A stretch of DNA of 64,000 bases from Dehalococcoidia bacterium (GTDB lineage: Bacteria > Chloroflexota > Dehalococcoidia > UBA6926), in NCBI GenBank assembly GCA_965206275.1, contig OZ242203.1:904474-968473 (forward strand), in the 5' to 3' direction. The notes below the pieces were generated by a model. It had not been told where the DNA came from, ran no database searches, and saw only the letters and a program-made list of their open reading frames with translations. Each line of letters starts with the position of its first letter. Position 1 is the first letter of the stretch. Shown here piece after piece: positions 27,148-35,141 of the stretch. The translations under genes were made by a program, and so were the position numbers.

Positions 27148-29565
27148 ATGACTAATGGTGGGGCGGGATCGGCGGCTGGCGGCGGGGATTCGGCGCTGGG
27201 GCATTTGCGGGTTGTGGAGATTGGGGAGATTCCCGCGGCGTATTGCGCGGGGTATCTGGCCGGGCTCGGCGCGGACGTGGTCAAGGTTGAGCCGCCGGGG
27301 GGCGATCCTAACCGGATGCATGCGCCGTTCGCGGGCGATATTGCCGACCCGGAGCGCGGTATTCCTTTTCTTAATGCGAATCTGAATCGTCGCAGCATCG
27401 TGCTGGACGTTGAGGATGCGGGCGGCAAGGAGACGCTTGAGAAGCTCATCGAGCGGGCGGATATCTTTGTCGAGTGCACGCCGCCTGGATACCTGGCCTC
27501 TCTGGGTGTTGATGATGAGCGGCTGGAGGCGTTGAATTCCGGGCTTGTGACGGTTTCGATGACGCCGTTTGGGCAGTCGGGGCCGCACAGCGCGTTCGCG
27601 GCTAACGAGGCGGTGATCTCCGCCATGTCCGGCGTGATGATGAGCCAGGGGGATGATGAGCGCTCACCGGTCGTGCTGCCGTGCCAGATCGGCGCGCAGC
27701 TGGCCGCGGCGCTTGGCGCGTATTTGGGAGTCAACGGTGTGCGGCATCGACGGGCGACGGGTCGGGGCCAGCGCATCGATCTCTCGTTGCAGGAGGCGCT
27801 GACATTCGCGACAGTCGGGACGATTGCGCGGTACAGTCAGCGGAGCGAGCTGGTGACGCGGCAGGGACCACGCGGCGGACCCGCGAATATCTATCGAACA
27901 AAGGACGACAAGTACGTCCAGATTGCGGTCTTTATGACCGGGCACTGGCGTGTTCTGGCCCGGCAGTGGATGGAGGACGCGGTGTTGTCCGGCGACGACT
28001 GGGATTCGTCGCAGTACCGGACGGACAACGAGGACCTGGCGCAGATCCTTATACAGTCGTTCGTCGAGCAGTTCGACCGCGATGAGTTCGTGGAGGAGGG
28101 GCAGAAGCGCGGGCTGGCAGTCTGCCCCGTCAACACGTTCGAGGATTTCGTAACGGACGAGCATATGCGGTCACGGGGGTGGTTCCAGACAGTGACGCAT
28201 CCCGTCGTTGGCGAGTACGAGACGCCGGGGCAGCCTTTCATCATGTCAGCGACGCCGTGGAACCAGACGCGCCCTGCCCCGCTGCTGGACCAGCATCGGG
28301 ATGAGGTGCTGGCCGAGATTGAATCGGTTCAGCCGCGTCGTGAGACGTACCCTGCGCCGACGAACGGGAAAGCATCGGACGACGCGCTGCTGGAGGGCAT
28401 CCGCGTGGCGGACATCACGCGGGCGTTCGCGGGGCCGATCGGGACGATGTTCCTCGGCTTCTACGGGGCGGAGGTCATCAAGGTGGAGTCCGAGAGCCTT
28501 GAGGCGAATCGCGAGCCGACGCGTCCGCTGTTCCCCGACATGAACCGGAACAAGATCAGCTGCACACTCGATCTGCGGTCGGACGGCGGCAAGGACCTGT
28601 TCCGCCAAATGGTCAAGGAAAGTGACGTTGTCGTTGACAACTTCAGCGCGACGGTCATGAAGCGACTTGGGCTGGGCTACGACGACCTGACGAAGATCAA
28701 CCCGGGCATCATCCAGATCGGGATGCCGGGGATGGGGTCCGAGGGGCCGCTGAACAACTGGGTGACGTACGGGAACAACCTGCAGGCGGTGACGGGGCTG
28801 TCGCTGCTGTGGGGGCACCCGGACTCGCCGATGCAGAACCATGCGAAGGGGGTCATCCCGGATTACGTGGGCGCTGCGTTCGTGGCGCTATCGACGGCGG
28901 CGGCGCTGGAATACCGAGACGTGACGGGTCGCGGTCAGTTCATCGAGATTGCTCAGGTGGACGGCCAGGGGTCGATGATGGGCCCGGCCATCCTGGACTA
29001 CACGATCAACAAGAACATCTGGGGCAGCGTGGGCTATGACGAGCCGCTGGCGGCCCATTACGCGCCCTACGGGGCGTATGCGTGCCTTTACCAGGACACA
29101 TGGATCGTCATCGCGTGCGAGACGGACGAGCAGTGGCGGGCGCTGGCTCAGGCGATGGGCGCGCCGCACTGGGCGGACGATCCCCGTTTCGCAGACACAG
29201 CGGGGCGGCGTGAGAACCGCGACGAGATCGACCACGAGATAAGCGAGTGGGCCAAGGCGTTCACGTCGCACCAGCTTCTGCACATGCTGCAGAAGGTGGG
29301 CGTGCCTGCGGGCGTGGCGATGAACAGTGAGGACCTGTACCACGATCCGCACTTGCGGGAGCGGGGACACATCGTACAGTCGACGCACTCGACGTGGGGG
29401 ACGCTGTCGCATCACGGGCTGCCTGCGATACCGTCGCTGTCCAAGGCGACGGCGGCGAATCGCGCGCCATGGATCGGTGAGGATAATGAGTACGTGTACA
29501 GGTCCGTGCTTGGGCTTTCAGAGGATGAGATCAGAGAGGGCACGGAGAGTGGGGTGCTGAGGTAG
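27148..29565 (+). CDS. fused tandem double CoA-transferase family III protein (two CaiB/BaiF domains, ~805 aa)
   Basis: Domain 1 signature LRVVEIGEIPAAYCAGYLAGLGADVVKVEPPGG. Domain 2 signature LEGIRVADITRAFAGPIGTMFLGFYGAEVIKVES. ATG at 27148 with GGGGAG 7 nt upstream. Confidence 0.8.
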   Translation: MTNGGAGSAAGGGDSALGHLRVVEIGEIPAAYCAGYLAGLGADVVKVEPPGGDPNRMHAPFAGDIADPERGIPFLNANLNRRSIVLDVEDAGGKETLEKLIERADIFVECTPPGYLASLGVDDERLEALNSGLVTVSMTPFGQSGPHSAFAANEAVISAMSGVMMSQGDDERSPVVLPCQIGAQLAAALGAYLGVNGVRHRRATGRGQRIDLSLQEALTFATVGTIARYSQRSELVTRQGPRGGPANIYRTKDDKYVQIAVFMTGHWRVLARQWMEDAVLSGDDWDSSQYRTDNEDLAQILIQSFVEQFDRDEFVEEGQKRGLAVCPVNTFEDFVTDEHMRSRGWFQTVTHPVVGEYETPGQPFIMSATPWNQTRPAPLLDQHRDEVLAEIESVQPRRETYPAPTNGKASDDALLEGIRVADITRAFAGPIGTMFLGFYGAEVIKVESESLEANREPTRPLFPDMNRNKISCTLDLRSDGGKDLFRQMVKESDVVVDNFSATVMKRLGLGYDDLTKINPGIIQIGMPGMGSEGPLNNWVTYGNNLQAVTGLSLLWGHPDSPMQNHAKGVIPDYVGAAFVALSTAAALEYRDVTGRGQFIEIAQVDGQGSMMGPAILDYTINKNIWGSVGYDEPLAAHYAPYGAYACLYQDTWIVIACETDEQWRALAQAMGAPHWADDPRFADTAGRRENRDEIDHEISEWAKAFTSHQLLHMLQKVGVPAGVAMNSEDLYHDPHLRERGHIVQSTHSTWGTLSHHGLPAIPSLSKATAANRAPWIGEDNEYVYRSVLGLSEDEIREGTESGVLR

Positions 29566-29696
29566 GTATTCGTTCTTGACGTGGTAAATAGGCGGATTGT
29601 AGAGTACGTGCTTGAACAATAGGGATAAAAGGCACTTACAATAGGGATGAGAGCGGCCTGCGATACGGCTGAGAAACGCATAGCGAGGGAGTAGAC

Positions 29697-30296
29697 ATAC
29701 CGAGAGATTATCGCGTCAACCAACGAATCACCGTGCCGGAGGTCCTTGTGGTGACCGACACGGGGGAACGGGTTGGAGTGATGCATACGGCAGACGCCAT
29801 TCAGATGGCGCTGGATCGGGGCCTTGACCTGGTTGAGGTGGCCCCGGGGGCGCAACCACCTGTTTGCCGCATTCTTGACTACGGCCGCTATCGCTATGAG
29901 CAGTCCAAGAAGGAGCGGGAGCTTCGCAAGGGACAGCACACGCAGGAACTCGGCGAGGTGCGGCTCCGCCCCAAGATCGGTCAGCACGATATCGACTTCA
30001 AGACGCGGACGGTTCGCAAGCTGATTGACGGCGGGGACAAGGTCAAGGTTTCGGTTATTTTCAGAGGCCGTGAGGCGACCCACCCCGAGTTGGCAATCAA
30101 TCTGTTGAAGAAGGTATTGGACCAAGTAGAGGACATCGCGGGCATCGACACCGCGCCGCAGTTGGAGGGACGGGGCATGAGCATGATCCTGGCCCCCCTG
30201 AAGCGCAAGAACGCGGCATCATCGAAGCAGGCAGTTGAGGCTCCTGCCGAGGAGAAGGCCGAAGAAGCAGCAGCGGCCGCCGGTTCGCCAGAGTAA
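29697..30296 (+). CDS. infC: translation initiation factor IF-3 with non-canonical AUA start
   Basis: IF3 N-terminal (RVNQRITVPEVLVV..GE..GV) and C-terminal domains present. In-frame stop at 29670-29672. The only start upstream of the conserved N-terminus is ATA at 29697, with AGGGAG 5 nt upstream. Confidence 0.85.
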   Translation: MPRDYRVNQRITVPEVLVVTDTGERVGVMHTADAIQMALDRGLDLVEVAPGAQPPVCRILDYGRYRYEQSKKERELRKGQHTQELGEVRLRPKIGQHDIDFKTRTVRKLIDGGDKVKVSVIFRGREATHPELAINLLKKVLDQVEDIAGIDTAPQLEGRGMSMILAPLKRKNAASSKQAVEAPAEEKAEEAAAAAGSPE

Positions 30297-30346
30297 ACTA
30301 GAGTTAGCACCAGACCGGTTAGAGGCGCGGGGATAGATATATCGTC

Positions 30347-30553
30347 ATGGCAAAGTACAAACTCAAGACGCACAAGGGCACGCAGAAGCGGATCGGCATG
30401 ACCGGTTCCGGCAAGCTGACGAAGCGCAAGGGGCACCAGAGCCACCTGCGGCGTCGCAAGCCGAAGGACGTCAAGCGCCTGTACGGCGATGAGATGCCGT
30501 TGAGCCCGGCAGATCGGCGTCGCGTGCAGCGGCTGCTGCCGTACGGGCCATAA
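30347..30553 (+). CDS. rpmI: 50S ribosomal protein L35
   Basis: MAKYKLKTHKGTQKRI... is the bL35 signature. Confidence 0.95.
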   Translation: MAKYKLKTHKGTQKRIGMTGSGKLTKRKGHQSHLRRRKPKDVKRLYGDEMPLSPADRRRVQRLLPYGP

Positions 30554-30595
30554 GCCGCGCGCTTATTTTCGTTATCTGAAGAGAGGATCACCGAC

Positions 30596-30970
30596 ATGAC
30601 CCGAATCAAGGGCGGCCCGAGAACGCGACGCCGCCACAAGGAAGTCATCAACTTGATGAAGGGGCAATGGGGCTCCCGGCACAAGCTGTTTCGCCGGGCG
30701 CAGGAGTCCCTGCTGCACTCCTGGCAGTACGCTTATGAGCACCGGCGTGAGCGCAAGGGCGATTTCCGTCGGTTGTGGATCACGCGAATCAACGCGGCGG
30801 CGCGTCAGAACGACATCACGTACGGCAACCTGATCCACGGGCTGAAGCTGGCGAACGTGGCCGTCGATCGCAAGATGTTGGCGGATTTGGCGGTGCGAGA
30901 CCCGCAGGCGTTTGCGCGGATCGCGGAGGCGGCGAAAGAGGCGCTGGCGGCGGAGACGGCTGCGGCGTAG
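30596..30970 (+). CDS. rplT: 50S ribosomal protein L20
   Basis: MTRIKGGPRTRRRHKEV... is the bL20 signature. Confidence 0.95.
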   Translation: MTRIKGGPRTRRRHKEVINLMKGQWGSRHKLFRRAQESLLHSWQYAYEHRRERKGDFRRLWITRINAAARQNDITYGNLIHGLKLANVAVDRKMLADLAVRDPQAFARIAEAAKEALAAETAAA

Positions 30971-31051
30971 CTGCGCTACGGCTCTCGGTTCGCGATCCGG
31001 TTTCGATTCCTGAATGAGATATTTGCCGCGTTCCGGCTTTGGCGGTCTGTT

Positions 31052-31142
31052 GAGTCTTTAGATTCCTCGGCTACGCTCGGAATGACATGAGAAGGCGGCG
31101 CTTCGCGCCGCACTGGATTCCCGCTTTCGCGGGAATGACGAG
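31052..31142. repeat. composite repeat (B + E + A), overlapping the annotated 5' end of the following redoxin ORF
   Basis: tttagattcctcggctacgctcggaatgaca; ggcggcgcttcgcgccgcactgg; attcccgctttcgcgggaatgacga. Confidence 0.85.
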
Positions 31143-31833
31143 TCCGTACAATCGGAGTGTGAGGGGATTACTTCCGGGACGCTTTTCTATTCTGTTCATT
31201 GCCGTGTTGGCGGCAATTGTCTTCATCATCGCGGGATGCGGAGAGGATTCACCGACCGCGACTTCTGTACCAACAATTACTCCGACTGCGGTACCTACGG
31301 ACACTCCCCTGCCGACGGCTACCGCGGTGCCAACGGCGACTCCTGAACATGAGCTGCCGCAGGCGCCGGATTTCTCGCTGTCTACGGGGACGGGCGAGCG
31401 GTATTCGTTGGATGAGCTGCTTGCGGGGCGGGATGCGCTCGTGCTGGTGTTCTATCGCAGCTTCCGTTGAGGCATCTGCCAGCAGCAACTGGTCGAGTTG
31501 CAAAGTTTCTACGACGAGTTTGAGGAACGGGACGTCGGGCTGGCGGCGATCAGCACGGACTCGCTGGTCGATGCAGAGCAGATGGAGGTGTTGGCAGAAG
31601 CAGAGTTCCCGGTGCTAGCCGACAGGAACGAGGACGTTTCCAAGGATTTCGGCGTGTTCAACCTGCTTGGGGACGGGGTCGCTGCCCCCGCGACGTTCAT
31701 CATCTTGCCGGACGGCGGGGTTGTGTGGGGGTACGTCGGTGTGGAGATCGGGGACCGGGTGCCGTCGCAGGTCATTTTGGAGGTGCTGGACGTGGTGCTG
31801 GGGGTTGAGGAGGGGGAGCAGGTGAGGGTGTGA
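31087..31833 (+). CDS. candidate selenoprotein: lipoprotein Prx-like/redoxin (AhpC-TSA fold) with in-frame TGA (31468-31470) giving a U-G-I-C redox motif. The true start is likely downstream of 31087.
   Basis: ORFs 31087-31470 and 31498-31833 share a frame and are separated only by one TGA. Lipobox IAGC and a Pro/Thr linker. The redoxin domain PDFSL..GERYSLDEL..ALVLVFYRSFR[TGA]GICQQQLVELQSFYDEFEERDVGLAAISTDS places the TGA three residues before the conserved Cys. Confidence 0.5.
31471..31505 (+). promoter_or_regulatory. bacterial SECIS-like hairpin downstream of the in-frame UGA (gcaac-UGGUCGA-guugc)
   Basis: The stem-loop starts 15 nt after the UGA. GGUC in its apical loop lies at +21..+24, comparable to the E. 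coli fdhF SECIS (G/U at about +19..+22). Confidence 0.4.
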
Positions 31834-31839
31834 GGGAGG

Positions 31840-32760
31840 TTACCCCTTAAACACGTTTTCGTTGTGCCAGTTGAGCGCAGCTCGGTTTGGTTGCTCATCT
31901 TTGTATGGCGGGATGTAGATTGGCTTGGCGTTCAGCGCGTAATAGTTACGCCCGTTCCCGAATTCCTTCCGAATGCTCTCACTCACCTTGAATGTGTAAT
32001 CAGGCGTCACCGTCACATAACCATCATCAAAAAGCTTATGGATATCGCGACGAAGCAGGATGCCATTGCTGATCTCATGTTGCCCGCCTAGGCGATATGG
32101 GTGAATGTGTGCCGCCTCCAGAGCGGGGAATGTGCGCTCGCCGGTAATAGCGCACTTGCGGCCATAGGTGTCGGCAACGAGTACCCGAAAACCGCCTTGC
32201 CCCAATCGCGGCTCAACAAGCTGTGGCGATCCATAGCGAGCCCTCTCTTCCGCAAGCAGCGCTCCTGCTTCCTCCACAGCCGCACGGGCCAGACGTTCCT
32301 GAAAGGCTTCCCTCAGAGCACGTCCGATGCCGATTTCAGAATCGTATCTCTTTCCCGAAACAATGCTCTTGGACCAATCCTCAGGTGGATCCATCCAGTC
32401 AGACTCATCGAAGAAGAATGGCTGTAAGAGAATCCGGCAAATGATCTCATGGCGTGGGCCTTGCCAACCATGCTTGGTCATCCTTGCAAGAAACTCTTCT
32501 GCGGATAGCGCTCCGTTGTTTTCTTCAAAAGCCTCCCAAGCGTAGAAAAGCGGAAGCTTGGTTGAATGCCGGAAGTATGCTCCGCCCACTATCTTGTTTA
32601 TGGGCGCATGCAGTTTGAACAGGAATAAGGAGCCTCGCTCGAGAGAACCAATGTTGTCCTTGGCCGACGGCGACCAGAAGTTGACCTCACTCGGCTTGAG
32701 CTCTCTGAGCGTCTGAAACCAATCATTGTCTGTGACCGCGACGACAAGGTTTATCGCCAT
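31840..32760 (-). CDS. PUA-like (EVE/YTH-like) domain + HNH_2 endonuclease; putative modification-dependent (type IV-like) restriction enzyme
   Basis: C-terminal CAITGERTFPALEAAHIHPY...NGILLRRDIHKLFDDGYVTV is the HNH_2 motif. The N-terminal VNFWSPSA...GSLFLFKLH...IVGGAYF resembles a PUA-like fold. Start set at the ATG (MAINLVV) with GGAG 5 nt upstream. Confidence 0.6.
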   Translation of the reverse strand: MAINLVVAVTDNDWFQTLRELKPSEVNFWSPSAKDNIGSLERGSLFLFKLHAPINKIVGGAYFRHSTKLPLFYAWEAFEENNGALSAEEFLARMTKHGWQGPRHEIICRILLQPFFFDESDWMDPPEDWSKSIVSGKRYDSEIGIGRALREAFQERLARAAVEEAGALLAEERARYGSPQLVEPRLGQGGFRVLVADTYGRKCAITGERTFPALEAAHIHPYRLGGQHEISNGILLRRDIHKLFDDGYVTVTPDYTFKVSESIRKEFGNGRNYYALNAKPIYIPPYKDEQPNRAALNWHNENVFKG

Positions 32761-32884
32761 GTCTGCTCCAGCCATGAGTGGCATTGGGTTAACTGGGCGA
32801 CTACCTCCGAGGATAGCAGATGCGATGAGCTGCGGCTTGCGGCGGATTGAGCGGAGCAGCGGCTACAGAGTTGGGTTGGGTATT

Positions 32885-33005
32885 TGAGTTTTTAGATTCT
32901 TCGCTGCGCTCAGAATGACAGACCCGATGGATTCCGGCTTTCGCCGGAATGAGGGGAGACGGCGCTGTGCGCCGTACTGGATTCCCGCTTTCGCGGGAAT
33001 GACGG
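32885..33005. repeat. composite repeat (B + A' + E + A)
   Basis: tttagattcttcgctgcgctcagaatgaca; attccggctttcgccggaatga; ggcgctgtgcgccgtactgg; attcccgctttcgcgggaatgacgga. Confidence 0.85.
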
Positions 33006-33011
33006 AGGGGG

Positions 33012-33404
33012 TTAGCAGGCGCAGCGGATGTTGGGGTCTCCGATGGTGGCGCCGGGGCCGTGGGTGGCGTAGCCGTCGCGTCGCCACCAGTCAAGGCCGC
33101 CGATGAGTTCTCGCACCTGGAAGCCCAGTTCAGCCAGTTTCAAGGCCGTCTTGGTGGAGGCGTTGCAGCCAATGCCGTCGCAGTAACAGACGTAGATTCT
33201 TGTTTTGTCCAGCGATGCGGTGGAGTCGGCGTTGATCTCTCGATGGGGGAGGCTTATCGCGCCGGGGATGTGTTCCTGTTCGTAGGCGAAGTGGGCACGG
33301 CCGTCCACGACGATGATTGGCTCATCGTTTTGGAGGCTTTCGAAGAGGTCTGCGGAGTCGGTTTCGTAGGCGAGTTTGTGGCGGTAGAAGTCCAGTTGGT
33401 CCAT
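33012..33404 (-). CDS. rhodanese-like sulfurtransferase domain protein
   Basis: 130 aa. Active-site loop YCDGIGCNAS (Cys-x-G-x-x), a single rhodanese domain. Confidence 0.75.
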   Translation of the reverse strand: MDQLDFYRHKLAYETDSADLFESLQNDEPIIVVDGRAHFAYEQEHIPGAISLPHREINADSTASLDKTRIYVCYCDGIGCNASTKTALKLAELGFQVRELIGGLDWWRRDGYATHGPGATIGDPNIRCAC

Positions 33405-33480
33405 GAGTTTGGTTGCCCTTTCTGAGGTTGGGTGGATTGGTGCGGGGTTAAAGCTTAGCGGAGGCTAGGTGGGGTGTCAC

Positions 33481-33775
33481 GGGGTTCACCCTTCGACAAG
33501 CTCAGGGTGAACGGGTGGTGGCTCAGGGTGAGCGGGCTAGATCTAGGCTCGAGGTGAACGGGGGGATGTGTTGTGGCCCTGCGGGCCACGGGGTGGATTC
33601 CGGCCTTCGCCGGAATGACGGATGGTTTGCGGAATTGAGTCTTTAGATTCTTCGACTCCGCTACGCTCCGCTCAGAATGACATGGGGAGGAGGCGCTGTG
33701 CGCCGCACTGGATTCCCGCTTTCGCGGGAATGACGAGGGGGTTCACCCTTCGACAAGCTCAGGGTGAACGGGACG
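33481..33775. repeat. dense repeat array (C, C-like, D + A', B + E + A + C) filling the rhodanese/DUF1801 intergenic region
   Basis: Two ggttcacccttcgacaagctcagggtgaacgg copies; gtggccctgcgggccac + attccggccttcgccggaatgacg; ttagattcttcg...ctcagaatgaca; ggcgctgtgcgccgcactgg; attcccgctttcgcgggaatgacga. Confidence 0.85.
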
Positions 33776-33776
33776 G

Positions 33777-34244
33777 TTAGAAGCCTTTCCAGGCGGGGAG
33801 GTTGGCGGATTGGCGGAACCAGTCTGAGAGTTGGGCTTCGTCGAAGTCGCCTTCGTAGAGGTCGATCCAGCGGGCATCGGGATCTTTGCCGCCGGCGGGA
33901 GGCATGGGATCGAGTCCGACGCCATTGAGGAATGTCACCTTGATGTACTTGGCGAAGACGTGATAGCTGACGAACCAGCCGTGCTCTTCCGTGCCGTAGA
34001 AGGGAGAGTTCCAGCGGACGGCCTTGCGGACGTTGGGGACGGCTTTCACGATGAGGTCATCGAGGCGTCGGCCAATGTCGCTCTTCCATTCCGGCATGGC
34101 GTCGATGTAGGCCTGCACGGGGGCATCGCCGTCGCCCTTGGCAATCTGTGGGTTGCCGCCGGAGAGGTAGACGATTCCGTTGGCATCGGGCTTTAAGGCG
34201 GGCCTCGTTGACCCGCTGGACGAACTTGTCGGCTTATCGGGCAT
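33777..34244 (-). CDS. DUF1801 (YdhG-like) domain protein
   Basis: VRWNSPFYG..GWFVSYHVFAKYIKVTF is the characteristic DUF1801 core. Confidence 0.65.
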   Translation of the reverse strand: MPDKPTSSSSGSTRPALKPDANGIVYLSGGNPQIAKGDGDAPVQAYIDAMPEWKSDIGRRLDDLIVKAVPNVRKAVRWNSPFYGTEEHGWFVSYHVFAKYIKVTFLNGVGLDPMPPAGGKDPDARWIDLYEGDFDEAQLSDWFRQSANLPAWKGF

Positions 34245-34319
34245 TGCGCTTACTCCGGTTCACGAATCTCAGGGTAGACCGTGCCAGCGACGGGGCGGAA
34301 AGTCAACGGGAGCGCGTTA

Positions 34320-34940
34320 CTAAAGCCACGTGACGAGTTCCGAGTGCGGTGTGCGCTGCGTGGCGGGGTCTTCGGCCGCCTTGCCGATGAAAACGACGCC
34401 CACCATCATCCAGTCCTCGTTCGCGCCCAGTATGTTCGCGAGGTCCGGGAGCTTTGTGAGGCGTCCGGTGCTCCAGCCGAGGCTGAGGCCCTCTGCGACG
34501 GCGGCGAGGGCCATGTTGTGGACGGCGATGCAGGAGCTGGCGTAGTTCTCAAGGGTGATCTCCTGCACCAGTCCCTTGACGCTGTAGACGTAGACCATCG
34601 CGGGGGCGGTCAGCACCCTGTCTCGCAGGTCATCCGCCGAGCGCTGCTTCTGCTCGGGATTGGGATTGGTCACGCCATCGTAGGCGGACTGCCAAGCAAC
34701 TTCGGCAATCTTCGTCCTCATGGGACTGTCTTTCTGCACCGCAAAGTATCGGGTAGGTTCGTTGAGTCGGTGATTGGGCGCCCAGACGGCGGCGGAGAAG
34801 AGGCGTTCAAGCGTTTCACGACTAACGGCGTCAGTCGTGAACTCCTTGATGTGCCTACGACGGTAGATTGCCTCATAGACGCTGACGGGCGTTGACGGGA
34901 TCTCAGCGCCATCACTGTTCAGTTTCATTCCTGTGCTCAT
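34320..34940 (-). CDS. nitroreductase family protein
   Basis: [13 protein letters not shown]...[25 protein letters not shown] is the nitroreductase fold signature. Confidence 0.8.
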   Translation of the reverse strand: MSTGMKLNSDGAEIPSTPVSVYEAIYRRRHIKEFTTDAVSRETLERLFSAAVWAPNHRLNEPTRYFAVQKDSPMRTKIAEVAWQSAYDGVTNPNPEQKQRSADDLRDRVLTAPAMVYVYSVKGLVQEITLENYASSCIAVHNMALAAVAEGLSLGWSTGRLTKLPDLANILGANEDWMMVGVVFIGKAAEDPATQRTPHSELVTWL

Positions 34941-35141
34941 GATTTAGTTTGCGGCATCAGATTGGCGGTGTCCCTTAGAGTAAGCGTATACGCGGTTGGC
35001 TGTTGTGGCACGCATCGCGTGTCGACGGGAAAAGTTGCAGTTTTAAACGAAAGTTTACGTGCCCGCCTATTTCCTGTACACTGCGACGAATCCAAAAACT
35101 GGAGGGGTAAACCCCGCCCGGAGGGACTGACACCGTGGGGG

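Noticed and set aside
20262-33775. CRISPR array interpretation of the clustered short repeats
   Set aside because: Units are heterogeneous palindromic modules without uniform repeat length or regular spacer spacing. No cas genes are in the window.
34962-35141. N-terminal 60 codons of the long proV ORF (MAVSLRV...)
   Set aside because: ProV homology begins only around residue 85 ([11 protein letters not shown]). The upstream part has no SD at 34962 and overlaps the promoter region of the divergent nitroreductase, so an internal GTG start is preferred, although uncertain.
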